From Vulcanimicrobiota bacterium (GTDB taxonomy: Bacteria > Vulcanimicrobiota > Vulcanimicrobiia > Vulcanimicrobiales > Vulcanimicrobiaceae), in the NCBI GenBank assembly GCA_963733295.1, contig CAVTCS010000003.1, positions 768,001 through 832,000 of the forward strand: a stretch of 64,000 nt of DNA, written 5' to 3'. Of this stretch, positions 19,965-30,506 are shown piece after piece (position 1 is the stretch's first letter; each line of letters begins with the position of its first letter). Below the pieces are notes generated by a model. The model searched no databases and was not told the DNA's origin. It saw only the letters and a program-made list of their open reading frames with translations. A program made the translations under genes and the position numbers.

Positions 19965-20998
19965 ACCGCGCGTCGGCCGATGCGCTGCTTCGCGAAGCCG
20001 AAGGGAAGCGCTTTACCGCCGCGGTGTTGCGCGTCGAACGTCAGGGCGGGGTCGTATTTGAAGCCGCCTACGGCAGGCTGGATGACTCGACGGGCGCCGA
20101 TCCCGTTCACCTCACCACGCGCTTCGATCTCGCTTCATTGACGAAGCTCTTCGTCGCCACCGCCGCGCTCGACGCGGTCGCGCGTCGCGAACTGAGCCTC
20201 GACGGCGAGCTTACCCGACTCGTTCCCGAGTGGCGCGGCGGCGAGCACGAAGCGATCTCGCTCCGCTACCTGCTAGCGCACACCTCCGGCATGCAATCGG
20301 GGGCCGACTACCGCACGCTTTTCGGCGCCGACGTCGAACGCTTCGCGCTGACGCAGCCGCTCGCAGCCCGGCCCGGAGAACGCGTTATTTACAGCGACCT
20401 TGGGTTCATCGCACTGGGCGTCATCTTGGCGCGCGCCGCGAAGCGTTCGCTTGCCGAAGTCTTGGCCCCGTTGCATGCGCCGGCGGCCGGCTCAAGCGCC
20501 GCCGGGTTTCGGCCGCGCGGCGAAAGCCGCTCGGCGATTCCCGCGACCGAACACGACGCGTGGCGCGGCCGCGTGCGTGGAACCGTCCACGACGAGAAGG
20601 CCGCGCTGATGGGAGGGGTTGCGGGGCATGCGGGCTTGTTCGGAACCGCGCGCGACGTGGCCGTGCTTACCGAAGCCTTTCTCGGGCCGCGCTGCGGACG
20701 AGCTGCCACGTTCGTTCCGGCGGAGCTGGCGCGCGTGGCGGTTTCCGAGCAGGGTAGCGATCCCGTCTTGCGGCGCGGACTGGGCTGGGCGCTGAAGACG
20801 AGCGACGAAAACTCGTGCGGTGCCGCGATGTCACGGGCCACCTTCGGACACACCGGCTTTACCGGAACGTGCGTGTGGGCGGATCCCGAGCGCGATCTGA
20901 GCGTCGTACTCTTGACGAACGCGCTGTACTTCGGACGCAATGACCTGCGGGATCTGCGAGCTGCCGTCAACGATGCGGCCGTCGCCGAGTTCGGCTGA
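19961..20998 (+). CDS. Serine hydrolase, beta-lactamase class C-like (AmiE-like muropeptide amidase candidate)
   Basis: FDLASLTK (SxxK), LLAHTSG, YSDLGF, GTVHDE, GHAGLF, GHTGFTG; GTGA overlap. Confidence 0.9.
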   Translation: MNRASADALLREAEGKRFTAAVLRVERQGGVVFEAAYGRLDDSTGADPVHLTTRFDLASLTKLFVATAALDAVARRELSLDGELTRLVPEWRGGEHEAISLRYLLAHTSGMQSGADYRTLFGADVERFALTQPLAARPGERVIYSDLGFIALGVILARAAKRSLAEVLAPLHAPAAGSSAAGFRPRGESRSAIPATEHDAWRGRVRGTVHDEKAALMGGVAGHAGLFGTARDVAVLTEAFLGPRCGRAATFVPAELARVAVSEQGSDPVLRRGLGWALKTSDENSCGAAMSRATFGHTGFTGTCVWADPERDLSVVLLTNALYFGRNDLRDLRAAVNDAAVAEFG

Positions 20999-22149
20999 TG
21001 CTCGCCGTCGGACTGATGTCGGGGACTTCGCTCGACGGCATCGATGCCGCGCTCGTGCGCCTCGAACCGCGCGGCGCGCGATACGATCTCGAACTCTTGC
21101 GGGCGCATACGACGCCGTTTCCGCACCGGCTGAGTGCGCTGCTGCGCGCGGCGCTACCGCCGCGCGCGCCGTCGCCGCGCGCCGTCGCGTTGCTCGATGC
21201 GCTGCTCGGTCGCGCGCTCGGTGCCGCCGCGTGCAACGTAGCGGGGGAGCAACGAGTTGACTTCGTCGCAAGTCACGGGCTCACGCTCTATCACGACGGG
21301 GCTTCGCACCGTACGATGCAGGTCGGCGATCCGTACGCCATACGCGATCGCGCCCGAGCCACGGTCGTGTTCGATTTCCGGCGCGCCGACTGCGCCGCGG
21401 GAGGCCAGGGTGCGCCGCTCGTTCCGTTCGCCGATCCGCTGTTGTTCGGAGACGGCGAAGGGACGACCGTTGCGCTGAATCTGGGTGGCATCGCGAACGT
21501 CACGATCGTTCCGGCGCGCGCTTCGTCCGACCCGTTGCGCGCGTGGGACACGGGGCCGGGCATGATGCTGATCGACGCGTTCGTGCGCAGCCGCAGCGAG
21601 GGAAGGTGGGACGAAGGCGGTCGTCTTGCGGCGCGCGGCCGGACCTCCGAAGCGACGCTGCACGCGTTGCTCGACGACGCGTACTTCGATCTCGCGCCAC
21701 CCAAGTCGACTGGGCGGGAACGCTTCGGTGACGCGTTCTTTGCGCGCCACTCCGCCGCGCTCGAAGCACTCGACACACCCGACGGCTGCGCCACGTTGTG
21801 CGCCTTAACGGTGGAATCGATTGCGCGCGAGCTCGAGCGCGAGCGAGTCTCGCGCGGCCGCGTGGTCGCCAGCGGTGGCGGGACGCACAACGCGACGTTG
21901 CTGCGCATGCTGGCCGAAAGACTCGGGCCGCAGTTCGAGGTGCTCGTCTCGAGCGCGGTCGGCATCGATCCGGACGCGAAGGAAGCGATGGCCTTCGCAG
22001 TTCTCGGCTATGAAACGCTGCGCGGCCGCCCCGCGGGCACGCCCTCCGTGACCGGCGCTCGCCGGGCCGCCGTGCTGGGGGCGATCGTTCCGTTTGCGCT
22101 GGACGAACTGATGGCGAAGTTGCAGCGCGAAGTGGCGGCGAAGCGCTGA
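20998..22149 (+). CDS. anmK: Anhydro-N-acetylmuramic acid kinase
   Basis: GLMSGTSLDGID, DFRRAD.AAGGQGAPLVP, LNLGGIAN, DTGPG, PKSTGRE.F, KEA.AFA. Confidence 0.97.
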   Translation: MLAVGLMSGTSLDGIDAALVRLEPRGARYDLELLRAHTTPFPHRLSALLRAALPPRAPSPRAVALLDALLGRALGAAACNVAGEQRVDFVASHGLTLYHDGASHRTMQVGDPYAIRDRARATVVFDFRRADCAAGGQGAPLVPFADPLLFGDGEGTTVALNLGGIANVTIVPARASSDPLRAWDTGPGMMLIDAFVRSRSEGRWDEGGRLAARGRTSEATLHALLDDAYFDLAPPKSTGRERFGDAFFARHSAALEALDTPDGCATLCALTVESIARELERERVSRGRVVASGGGTHNATLLRMLAERLGPQFEVLVSSAVGIDPDAKEAMAFAVLGYETLRGRPAGTPSVTGARRAAVLGAIVPFALDELMAKLQREVAAKR

Positions 22150-22151
22150 CG

Positions 22152-23057
22152 ATGAAAGATCGTCTGGCGGTCGGCGTCGACGCCGGCGGAACCGCCTCGG
22201 TTGCGGCCGTTTCGCGCGACGGCGCCTTCGAGCGCAGCGTGCGCGGAGCGCCGGCCAACGCGAGCTCGCGCGGAATCGAAGCGGCGGCAGCGGCGATCGT
22301 TGCGACCGTTCGCGAAGCGACCGCCGGCGACGAGCCTGCCGCTCTCTACGTCGGGGCGGCCGGTGCGGGACGCGCGGATGCAGCCTCGGCGCTCGAGAGT
22401 GCGTTGCGGAAGGCGTTTCCAACCGTGCGCCTCACCGTCGCCGACGATACGCGGGCCGCGCTGCGCAGTGCCGTTCCCGAGGGCCCCGGCGTCGTGCTGA
22501 TCGCCGGCACCGGATCGGTCGCATACGCCGAGAACGGCGCGAGCAGTGCGCGCGTCGGCGGACTCGGCTACCTGATCGGCGACGAGGGCTCGGCTTTTGC
22601 GATCGGCAAAGCCGCGCTCGAACTCTTGGCCCGTTCGTACGACGGTCGCGCGCGAGCCGACGAAACGACCGCGCTTGCCGCGCGCGCGCTCGGCTGCAGC
22701 GATCGCGACGGACTGCTGCGCGGGATCTACGCGCAAGCGCTCGACGTGGCTGCAGTCGCCTCGCTCGCGCCCAGCATCCTCGCCTTTGCCGGCAAAGGGA
22801 ACCGTGCCTCGACGAAGATCGTCCAGTCGGCGGCGAACGATTTGGGATATCTCGCGAAGAGCGCCGCGACGCAAGCCGGGCTTGCCGAAAGCTCGCCCGC
22901 GATCGTGCTCGCCGGCGGCTTGCTGCGCGAGAACAGTTTGCTCTCGTTCTTGCTCGAAGCGCGTTTGACGAACGAGATACCGGGGGCGACGCTGCTGCGG
23001 GGCCGCGACGAACCGGCTCGCGCCGCCTTGCGTTTCGCCGAAGCAATGCTCGCTTGA
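22152..23057 (+). CDS. BadF/BadG-type N-acetylglucosamine/N-acetylmuramic acid kinase (MurK-like)
   Basis: GVDAGGT, GAAG, IAGTGS, GG.G..IGDEGSA. Confidence 0.9.
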   Translation: MKDRLAVGVDAGGTASVAAVSRDGAFERSVRGAPANASSRGIEAAAAAIVATVREATAGDEPAALYVGAAGAGRADAASALESALRKAFPTVRLTVADDTRAALRSAVPEGPGVVLIAGTGSVAYAENGASSARVGGLGYLIGDEGSAFAIGKAALELLARSYDGRARADETTALAARALGCSDRDGLLRGIYAQALDVAAVASLAPSILAFAGKGNRASTKIVQSAANDLGYLAKSAATQAGLAESSPAIVLAGGLLRENSLLSFLLEARLTNEIPGATLLRGRDEPARAALRFAEAMLA

Positions 23058-23941
23058 GCGACGAGGGTCAGACGCCGACCGAGGCGGTCAACGAATCGAC
23101 CCACGATTTGGATTCGATGGCCACGCCGCAACTCATCGCCGTGCTCGCGCGCGAACAGGCCGCCGCATTCGCAGCAGTCGCGCAGGTCGAATACGCCATC
23201 GCGCGCGCCGTCGACACCATCGTGGAGCGCATGCGAACGGGCGGCAACCTCCACTACTTCGGCGCAGGCTCCAGCGGACGCTTGGCTTTCCTGGATGCTT
23301 CCGAATGTCCGCCGACGTTCGGCACGCGAGCGTCCCTGGTTCAGGCGCACATCGCCGGCGGTCACGAGGCTCTAGCGCAAGCCGTCGAAGGCGCGGAAGA
23401 CAATGCAGCCGCCGGGACCGCGGAAGCTGCGGCGACGGTGCGCCCCGGCGACGCGGTCGTGGGCATTTCGGCGAGCGGTGCCGCGGCCTACGTCATCGCG
23501 GCGCTGCGCGCCGCTCGCGGCTTCGGCGCTTTTACGATCGCCCTCACCGGCGACGGCGGTTCGCCGCTCGCCGCCACGGTCGAACTGGCGATCGTGCTTG
23601 AAACGGGCGCCGAGCCGCTCGCCGGCTCGACCCGTCTCAAAGCCGGGACCGCACAAAAGTTGGCCCTCAACGCGCTTTCCACGGCAACGATGGTGCGCTT
23701 GGGTCGCGTCTACGACAACCTGATGGTCGATCTCGTCGCCACCAACGAAAAACTTCGCCGCCGGGCGGAGCGACTGGTGCAAACGATCGCGGCGGTCGAG
23801 GCCGAAGCGGCGCGCGAGCTGCTCGGCGCCGCAGGCGGCAACGTGAAAGTCGCGATCGTCATGGCCAAGCGCGGGGTCGACGCGCGCGAAGCGCGCAACT
23901 TGCTCGAGCGCGCCGGCGGCTTTTTGCGCGCCGCGCTCTAA
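23054..23941 (+). CDS. murQ: N-acetylmuramic acid 6-phosphate etherase
   Basis: TE..N, GAGSSGRL..LDASECPPTFG, EGAED, GSTRLKAGTAQKL.LN, N.MVD. Confidence 0.97.
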   Translation: MSDEGQTPTEAVNESTHDLDSMATPQLIAVLAREQAAAFAAVAQVEYAIARAVDTIVERMRTGGNLHYFGAGSSGRLAFLDASECPPTFGTRASLVQAHIAGGHEALAQAVEGAEDNAAAGTAEAAATVRPGDAVVGISASGAAAYVIAALRAARGFGAFTIALTGDGGSPLAATVELAIVLETGAEPLAGSTRLKAGTAQKLALNALSTATMVRLGRVYDNLMVDLVATNEKLRRRAERLVQTIAAVEAEAARELLGAAGGNVKVAIVMAKRGVDAREARNLLERAGGFLRAAL

Positions 23942-23957
23942 GCCGGTAGCGCTGCGC

Positions 23958-24473
23958 TTACGCGAGCACCAAGGCCATGCGTTCGTCGTGCGTTGGCTCA
24001 AACCCGAGGCCCGCGAAGAAGCTTCGCGAGCCCTCGTTGCGTTGGTGCACTCCCACGTCGAGACGCGCGATCTCGGCGTTTTGGAGTTGAACGACTAAGC
24101 TCTCGACGAGTTCGACTCCGATTCCGCGCCGGCGCGCGGCCGGCGCGACGACGAGCGTGTCGAGCGAGGCGACGACGCGGCCCAGCGAGAGCGAGATAGA
24201 ATACCCGACGGCGGCGCATCCGACGAGCCGTCCCGCCTCGAACGCAAGCCAGATGAATCCATAGTCGGGGCGATCGACGAACAGGGCCAAGGCCGCGGCC
24301 AGCGCCGCCTCCGTTCCGTCGCGCCCGGTCTCGCCGCCCTGGTAGGCAGGCGCGGACTCGCGATAAAACGGATCGCCGGTGAAGTACTCGGAGAGGAGTT
24401 TGAAAACTTCCGGACGCTCGCCGCTCGTCATGCGGCGGAAGTCGAGACCCGATTCGGAAACGCCGTTGGTCAT
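23958..24473 (-). CDS. GNAT acetyltransferase
   Basis: L.V.P..RRRGIG..L, N....FF..LGF; GAGG SD before ATG 24473. Confidence 0.85.
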   Translation of the reverse strand: MTNGVSESGLDFRRMTSGERPEVFKLLSEYFTGDPFYRESAPAYQGGETGRDGTEAALAAALALFVDRPDYGFIWLAFEAGRLVGCAAVGYSISLSLGRVVASLDTLVVAPAARRRGIGVELVESLVVQLQNAEIARLDVGVHQRNEGSRSFFAGLGFEPTHDERMALVLA

Positions 24474-26106
24474 GGCGTCCTCTTCGAGGTGGCGTGGAAT
24501 TACTCTGTCCCGCCGGTGGATCGTGGGATTCGCGGCGTGTCTTGCCCTGAGCGCAAGCCCGGCGCTTGCGGTAGCGGCGAACTCGTCGACGCACCTCGCC
24601 CCGATCGCGTTCATCCCGCTCGACGATCGTCCGGTGACGCTGCAGTTGCCGGTCATGCTCGGTTCGATCGCCGGCCAGCAGGTCGTGACGCCGCCGCTCG
24701 TTTCGATCGGCCACTATCTGCGGCCCGGCGATCCCGAAGCGATCTTGAACTGGTTGGAATCGCCCGCGACGGCAGGCGTCAGCGCGGTGATCGCTTCGAC
24801 CGACATGGTTGCCTACGGGGGTCTCGTGGCATCTCGCACGCCGCTGATCGGGATCGATGCCGCGGTCGGCCGGTTGCGCCGTTTCGCGCGAATCAAAACG
24901 CTTCGCTCGGAAGCGTTCGTCGGCGCGTTCGGAACGGTCGTGCGTCTCGCTCCGACCGGCGTACCGGGACACGGTCAGGTTCCCGGATATTGGGCCGCCG
25001 GCGGGACGGTCGACGCAATTGCGGCGTACGCAAATTTGCCCGATCCGCCGGCCGATCCCGCCGACGCGGCCAAAGCGGCGCGTTTGCGCGTGCAGATCGG
25101 GCCGAAGGTTCTCGGTGAGTATCTCGGCGTGCGCGCGCGCAACCTCGGCGTCGACGAGTGGGCCTTGCAATTCGTCTACGACGGCGCAATCGACCGGCTC
25201 GTGCTCGGCCAGGATGACGCGGGTCCGACCGGTTTGCATCTGCGCGACGTCGCGGCGCTCAACGCGGCGGTCCGGGACTACGGAATCGGCGATCGCGTCT
25301 CGATCGAGCCGGGTGCCGACGAACTCGGTATGGTGCTGATCGCGCGAGCTTTCGCCCGGAACGCCGGGTGGCAGCCTTCAGTACGCGTCGTCTATTCGCG
25401 TCCGGGAGGCTCGGAGGTTCAGGATCGGCTCGAATACGTGCCGATCGACGTTACGATCGCGCGACTGATCGCGGCCTGCGGCGCACACCGCGTCGCGCGC
25501 GGAGGCGACGTTGTCTTGTACGTGCGGGTCCCCGACACGAACGACGCCGACGAAGCGGCCTTCGAAAACAACTTGGCCGCGGACGTCGCCGCCGGCGCGA
25601 GCGTTACCGTGGCGGATCTCTCCTTCTTGAGCGGCGGCCCCGGCGAGTCACAGCGAGCTTTGACCGAAGACCTGATCGCGCGCGGGATCGCCGGCAAGAT
25701 CGACGGATTCGCCTCCTGGAATACGACCGCGAACACGGTTGGGACTTCGCTTGCCGCGGCCCTCGCAGCGGGTGCGGGACGGCGTGCCGGCACGTTCGAC
25801 GCACGCGCGCAGGCCGAGTTTCTGCTCGACCGCTACGTCGACGACTACGCCTTTCATCAGTTCGTGCGGCCGGAGCTCAATACGACGCTGCGCGCACGCG
25901 ACATCGACACGACGTTGCTGGAGCCGAACGTCGCCGGCGAAGCGAACTCGCTCAATCGGACCCTGCTCTGGCCTTACGCGCTCGATCTGCTCGGACGGAT
26001 CTTTCCACGCTACAGCGACGCCGGGTTGACGATTACGCTGCCCTGGGAGCGAACCTTCGAGACCGCGATCGACGTGCGTCTCGCGCCCGCGGGATCCGCG
26101 CTTTAG
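24472..26106 (+). CDS. DUF4127 family protein (exported)
   Basis: FIPLDDRP, S.DM..YGGLV.SR, LGQDD, PGADE, SWNT.ANT.G; start uncertain. Confidence 0.85.
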   Translation: MASSSRWRGITLSRRWIVGFAACLALSASPALAVAANSSTHLAPIAFIPLDDRPVTLQLPVMLGSIAGQQVVTPPLVSIGHYLRPGDPEAILNWLESPATAGVSAVIASTDMVAYGGLVASRTPLIGIDAAVGRLRRFARIKTLRSEAFVGAFGTVVRLAPTGVPGHGQVPGYWAAGGTVDAIAAYANLPDPPADPADAAKAARLRVQIGPKVLGEYLGVRARNLGVDEWALQFVYDGAIDRLVLGQDDAGPTGLHLRDVAALNAAVRDYGIGDRVSIEPGADELGMVLIARAFARNAGWQPSVRVVYSRPGGSEVQDRLEYVPIDVTIARLIAACGAHRVARGGDVVLYVRVPDTNDADEAAFENNLAADVAAGASVTVADLSFLSGGPGESQRALTEDLIARGIAGKIDGFASWNTTANTVGTSLAAALAAGAGRRAGTFDARAQAEFLLDRYVDDYAFHQFVRPELNTTLRARDIDTTLLEPNVAGEANSLNRTLLWPYALDLLGRIFPRYSDAGLTITLPWERTFETAIDVRLAPAGSAL

Positions 26107-26513
26107 GTGCGCTGACAGAGCTCGATCAGGACGCCGCCCGTACTCTTGGGATGGAGAAAGGCGATCGTGTTGCCGTGCGCTCCGCGACGCGGCGTCTCGT
26201 CGATCAAACGCACGCCGTCGCTCTTCAGGCGCGCGAGCTCGGAGCGAATGTCGGAGACGCGGTACGCGATGTGATGGAGCTTCGTGGCGGCATCGCCGCG
26301 GAAGCGGGCGATCGGCGAGTCCTCATCGAGCGGGCGTAGCAGTTCGATCAGCGTTTCTCCGCCGCTCAGGCCGACCGCTTCGACGCCCTGCTCGACGACC
26401 GTCTCGCGGTACGATTGCGTAAAGCCCAGCGTATCGACGTACAGGCGCAGCATCGCCTCGAGATCGCTGACGACGATCGCGACGTGATCGATGGCGTGTC
26501 CTCGCGTCGTCAA
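26103..26513 (-). CDS. mce: Methylmalonyl-CoA epimerase
   Basis: [29 protein letters not shown]...GVLIEL. Confidence 0.95.
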   Translation of the reverse strand: MTTRGHAIDHVAIVVSDLEAMLRLYVDTLGFTQSYRETVVEQGVEAVGLSGGETLIELLRPLDEDSPIARFRGDAATKLHHIAYRVSDIRSELARLKSDGVRLIDETPRRGAHGNTIAFLHPKSTGGVLIELCQRT

Positions 26514-28087
26514 GCGATCGCTTCGGTTGCGACGTACCGTCCGAAGACCCCGCGCAGTTCGTCGCAGATCTCGCCCAGCGTCGCCCCGGCGTCGACCGCC
26601 TCGAGGAGCGCGGGCATCACGTTGGCGCTCCCCGCGGCCGCTGCGCGCACCTCGCCGAGGCGCGCTTCGACGGCGGCGGACGAGCGTTCGCGCCGGTAGG
26701 CCTCGAGCCGCGCGACTTGTTCGCGCTCGATTGCCGGGTCGATGCGCTGCAGGTCGATGGGCGGGTCAACGGCATCGTCGACGAAGCGGTTCACTCCGAC
26801 GACCACGCTCTCGCCCGACTCGATCGAGCGCTGCGCCAGATAAGCCGACTCGGCGATGCGTCCTTGCATCCAGCCGCTTTGGATCGTCGCGACCGCGCCG
26901 CCCAACGCGTCGATCTCGGCGATGAGCGCACGCGCCCCTTCGACCAGCGACGCCGTGAGCGCCTCGACGTAATAGGATCCCGCCAAGGGGTCGGTCACCT
27001 CGGCAACGCCGCTTTCGTAGGCGATGATCTGCTGGGTGCGCAACGCGAGCTTGGCGGCTTCCGCCGTGGGTAGCGCCAGCGCTTCGTCCTTTCCGTTGGT
27101 GTGCAGCGACTGCGTACCGCCGAGGACTGCGGCCAGCGCCTGAAGCGTCACGCGCACGACGTTGTTGTCGGGTTCCTGGGCGGTCAGAGTCGAACCGCCG
27201 GTCTGCGTGTGAAAGCGCAGCATTTGCGCGCGAGGGTCTGTGGATCCGAACTCGTCGCGCACGATGTGCGACCAGAGGAACCGCGCCGCGCGATATTTCG
27301 CGACCTCCTCGAAGAAGTCGTTGTGCGCGTTCCAGAAGAACGAGAAGCGCGGCGCGATCGCGTCGACGTCGAGGCCGGCGTCTTGGGCCGCGCGCAAGTA
27401 TGCTTTCGCGTTCGAAAGCGTGAAGGCGATCTCTTCGGTTGCGGTCGAGCCCGCCTCGCGAATATGGTAGCCCGAGATCGAGATCGTGTTCCATTGGGGG
27501 ACTTCGCGCGCGCAGTAGGCCATGACGTCGGTCACGAGCCGCATCGACGGTTTAGGCGGATAGATGTAGGTGCCGCGCGCGACGTATTCTTTGAGGACGT
27601 CGTTTTGGATCGTGCCGCCGAGTCGCTCGAACGGGATGCCGCGGCGCCGCGCCACTGCCAGTACCATCGCAAGCAGAATCGAGGCGGGTGCGTTGATGGT
27701 CATCGAAACGGTGACGGCGTCGAGCGGAATTCCGTCGAGCAGCGTTTCCATGTCGCGCACATGGTCGATGGCGACGCCGACCTTGCCCACCTCGCCGCGC
27801 GCTTGCGGCGCGTCGGAGTCGTAGCCGAGCTGCGTCGGCAGATCGAAGGCGACCGAAAGCCCGGTGGTTCCCTGCTCGAGCAGATAACGGTAGCGTGCGT
27901 TTGACTCGGCTGCGGTCGCGAAACCGGCGTACTGTCGCATCGTCCACAAGCGCGAGCGGTAGCCGTCGGCCCGGATTCCACGCAGGAACGGAAACTCGCC
28001 TGGCTCGCCGCCCGCGACGCGTTCGCTTGCCGCGCGCGCGTCGGCGACGCCGTAGAACGCCTTCTTGGGCTTTCCGTTGCCGGCCAT
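26510..28087 (-). CDS. Methylmalonyl-CoA mutase, substrate-binding subunit (no B12-binding domain)
   Basis: [55 protein letters not shown]. Confidence 0.95.
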   Translation of the reverse strand: MAGNGKPKKAFYGVADARAASERVAGGEPGEFPFLRGIRADGYRSRLWTMRQYAGFATAAESNARYRYLLEQGTTGLSVAFDLPTQLGYDSDAPQARGEVGKVGVAIDHVRDMETLLDGIPLDAVTVSMTINAPASILLAMVLAVARRRGIPFERLGGTIQNDVLKEYVARGTYIYPPKPSMRLVTDVMAYCAREVPQWNTISISGYHIREAGSTATEEIAFTLSNAKAYLRAAQDAGLDVDAIAPRFSFFWNAHNDFFEEVAKYRAARFLWSHIVRDEFGSTDPRAQMLRFHTQTGGSTLTAQEPDNNVVRVTLQALAAVLGGTQSLHTNGKDEALALPTAEAAKLALRTQQIIAYESGVAEVTDPLAGSYYVEALTASLVEGARALIAEIDALGGAVATIQSGWMQGRIAESAYLAQRSIESGESVVVGVNRFVDDAVDPPIDLQRIDPAIEREQVARLEAYRRERSSAAVEARLGEVRAAAAGSANVMPALLEAVDAGATLGEICDELRGVFGRYVATEAIA

Positions 28088-28198
28088 CACAGTTGCTTTT
28101 GCCTGCGATGCCGCGACCCCCGCAAGCGGGAACAAGGCTGCCACGGTACTAAGTAGTGGGGCGGCGTGCGAGCACGCCAGCCTCGCAACGGACTCACG

Positions 28199-28603
28199 AT
28201 GCAACATCCATCCCGGATCGATGTCGTTTTGCCCGCCCGCGTGGAAAGCGCGCCGCGCCTGCGCCGCGTCATTCGCGATTTCCTCGAACGCATCGGCACC
28301 GCGCGGTGCCAGATCGACGACCTGGTCCTAGCCGTCGGCGAAGCCGCCGGCAACGCCATCGAGCATGCGTATAAGGGGGCGGCCGGCGACGTGCGCCTGT
28401 ACGCGGCGGTCGTCGGCGAACGCCTCACCGTCGAGGTACGCGATTTCGGAAAGTGGCGTCTGGATGGTGACGCCGAGCGCGGCCGCGGCATCGGAATCAT
28501 GCGCTCGCTTGTAGAGCACGTGGCGATCGAGAGTACGCACGACGGCACCTTAGTTCGCTTCGAGACGCGCCTGCAGACGCAACCGCTCTCCGCTTTTCGT
28601 TAG
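28199..28603 (+). CDS. RsbW-like anti-sigma/Ser-Thr kinase (HATPase_c_2)
   Basis: LAVGEA..NAIEHAY, VRD.G, GRGIGIM. Confidence 0.9.
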   Translation: MQHPSRIDVVLPARVESAPRLRRVIRDFLERIGTARCQIDDLVLAVGEAAGNAIEHAYKGAAGDVRLYAAVVGERLTVEVRDFGKWRLDGDAERGRGIGIMRSLVEHVAIESTHDGTLVRFETRLQTQPLSAFR

Positions 28604-30354
28604 ACCAGACTGAGGAGCGGCGTGTCCGCTTCGACCGTGGCGCCTTTCTCGACGTGAACCGCCGCGACGTTTCCCGCACGATGCGCGCGAATCTCATTCA
28701 TCATCTTCATCGCCTCGACGATGGCGACGACTTGCCCTTCGCTTACCGAGTCGCCCGGAGCGACGGGAATCTCGACGACGACGCCGTGCATCGGCGCGAG
28801 CACCGAGTTGCCGCTCCGGCCGTTGCCTGCGCCGGAGCGTGCGCGCGCCGCAGGCGGTCTGGCGGGGAGAGCGCGCGGTCCCGAGTTACGCATCGGCCCA
28901 TCGAGCATGCGGACCCGGAAGAGCTTGTCGTTGACTTCGACGCGGATGACACTGGACGGCGACGCCGCTGCGGGGCTTTCGCCCTCGTCGAGTAGGCGTC
29001 GCGGCGCCGGCTTCCAACTCGCGGCGAAATTCTCCAGTGTCGCGGTTCCGTAGCTTGCGTCGGCAACTGCGGGTGCGTCGTTCAAGTCGCGCAAGAAGGG
29101 CAACGTCGTCGGCACGCCCTCGATCGCATACTCGTCGATGGCGCGACGCAGACGCGCGCGCGCCTGGTCGCGCGTCGGCGCCCAAACGACGAGTTTCGCG
29201 ATCATGGAGTCGTAAGCGGAGCCGATGACGCTTCCGGGTCCGGCCGCGGCGTCGACGCGAACCCCGGGACCGCCGGGCTCGCGGTAGCGCGCGATCGTGC
29301 CCGGCGCGGGACGAAAACCGTTTGCGGGATCCTCGGCGTTGACGCGAACCTCGATCGCATGGCCACGGAACGAGATGTCCTCTTGGCGATAACCGAGCGG
29401 CTCGCCGGCGGCGACGCGAAGCTGCTCGCGGACGAGGTCGAGGCCGCTCACCATTTCGCTAATCGTATGCTCGACTTGGATGCGCGTGTTCATCTCGAGA
29501 AAGAAGAACTCGTCGCCGGAAACGAGCGTTTCGATCGTGCCGGCGCTGTCGTAACCGATCGCGCGCGCGGCACGAACGCCGGCCTCTCGTAATTTGGCCC
29601 GCAGCGGTTCGTCGATGCGAGCCGGCGTTTCTTCGTAGAGCTTTTGGTGGCGACGCTGGAGCGAACAGTCGCGCTCGCCGACGTGGACGACCCCTCCGTG
29701 CTTATCGGCGAGCAGTTGAAGTTCGACGTGCTTGGGATCGATCAGGTAGCGTTCGGCGTAGAGCGCGGGGTTCTTGAAATACGCCTCGGCTTCACGCCGC
29801 GCGTTGACGAAGGCCGATTCGATTTCCGCCTCGCTGTGCGCGATCTTCAAACCTTTGCCGCCGCCGCCGCCTGAGGCTTTGAGCGCGAGCGGCAAACCGT
29901 ACTCGCGCGCCGCGCGCACTGCGTCTGCGACCGTTTCCAGAGCCTCGCTTCCGCCCGGAACGACCGGCACGCCGGCCGCGATCATCGCTCGCCGGGCGCT
30001 CAGCTTATCGCCCATCGCGGCGATCGCCGCGGGGTGCGGTCCAACCCAAACGAGTCCGGCTTCCTCGACCGCGCGCGCGAAAGCGGCGTTCTCGGCGAGG
30101 AAACCGTAGCCCGGATGCACGGCGTCCGCGCCCGAGCGCGCGGCGATCTCGAGAAGCTTGGCGACGTTCAGATAGCTTTCCGCCGGCGAAGCGGGTCCGA
30201 GCAGGTAAGCCTCATCGGCGTACCGCACGTGGGCCGAGTCGCGGTCCGCTTCCGAATAAACCGCGACCGTTGCGAGACCCATTTCGCGCGCCGTCCGCAT
30301 TACGCGCAGCGCGATCTCGCCCCGGTTGGCGATCAAGAGCTTGCTGAGGCTCAT
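28600..30354 (-). CDS. pccA: Acetyl/propionyl-CoA carboxylase alpha subunit (biotin carboxylase + biotin carrier)
   Basis: LLIANRGEIA, HPGYGFLAEN, RDCSLQRRHQK, EMNTRIQVEH, EAMKM. Confidence 0.93.
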   Translation of the reverse strand: MSLSKLLIANRGEIALRVMRTAREMGLATVAVYSEADRDSAHVRYADEAYLLGPASPAESYLNVAKLLEIAARSGADAVHPGYGFLAENAAFARAVEEAGLVWVGPHPAAIAAMGDKLSARRAMIAAGVPVVPGGSEALETVADAVRAAREYGLPLALKASGGGGGKGLKIAHSEAEIESAFVNARREAEAYFKNPALYAERYLIDPKHVELQLLADKHGGVVHVGERDCSLQRRHQKLYEETPARIDEPLRAKLREAGVRAARAIGYDSAGTIETLVSGDEFFFLEMNTRIQVEHTISEMVSGLDLVREQLRVAAGEPLGYRQEDISFRGHAIEVRVNAEDPANGFRPAPGTIARYREPGGPGVRVDAAAGPGSVIGSAYDSMIAKLVVWAPTRDQARARLRRAIDEYAIEGVPTTLPFLRDLNDAPAVADASYGTATLENFAASWKPAPRRLLDEGESPAAASPSSVIRVEVNDKLFRVRMLDGPMRNSGPRALPARPPAARARSGAGNGRSGNSVLAPMHGVVVEIPVAPGDSVSEGQVVAIVEAMKMMNEIRAHRAGNVAAVHVEKGATVEADTPLLSLV

Positions 30355-30506
30355 CGCGCGGATGCCGCGTCGTCGTCGTACGCGCGTCCGGCCGCGCGCC
30401 AACGGGAAGGCGCGGGCGGCTCGGCACCCGGTCCAACCGCTTTCAGCGCCGCGACGATCGCCGCCAACTCGTCCTTCGTCGGGACCGGCTCGACCTCGAG
30501 CGGCAT
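30351..30506 (-). CDS. Acyl-CoA carboxylase epsilon subunit (51 aa, absent from ORF track)
   Basis: MPLEVEPVPTKDELAAIVAALKAVGPGAEPPAPSRWRAAGRAYDDDAASAR; PT..ELAA..AAL and SRW motifs; TGATG/ATGA coupling on both sides. Confidence 0.85.
   Translation of the reverse strand: MPLEVEPVPTKDELAAIVAALKAVGPGAEPPAPSRWRAAGRAYDDDAASAR

Noticed and set aside
28088..28198. Cobalamin riboswitch upstream of the mutase (GCAACTGT fragment)
   Set aside because: No B12 box or GGGAA core in the right order on the minus strand, and the region is too short
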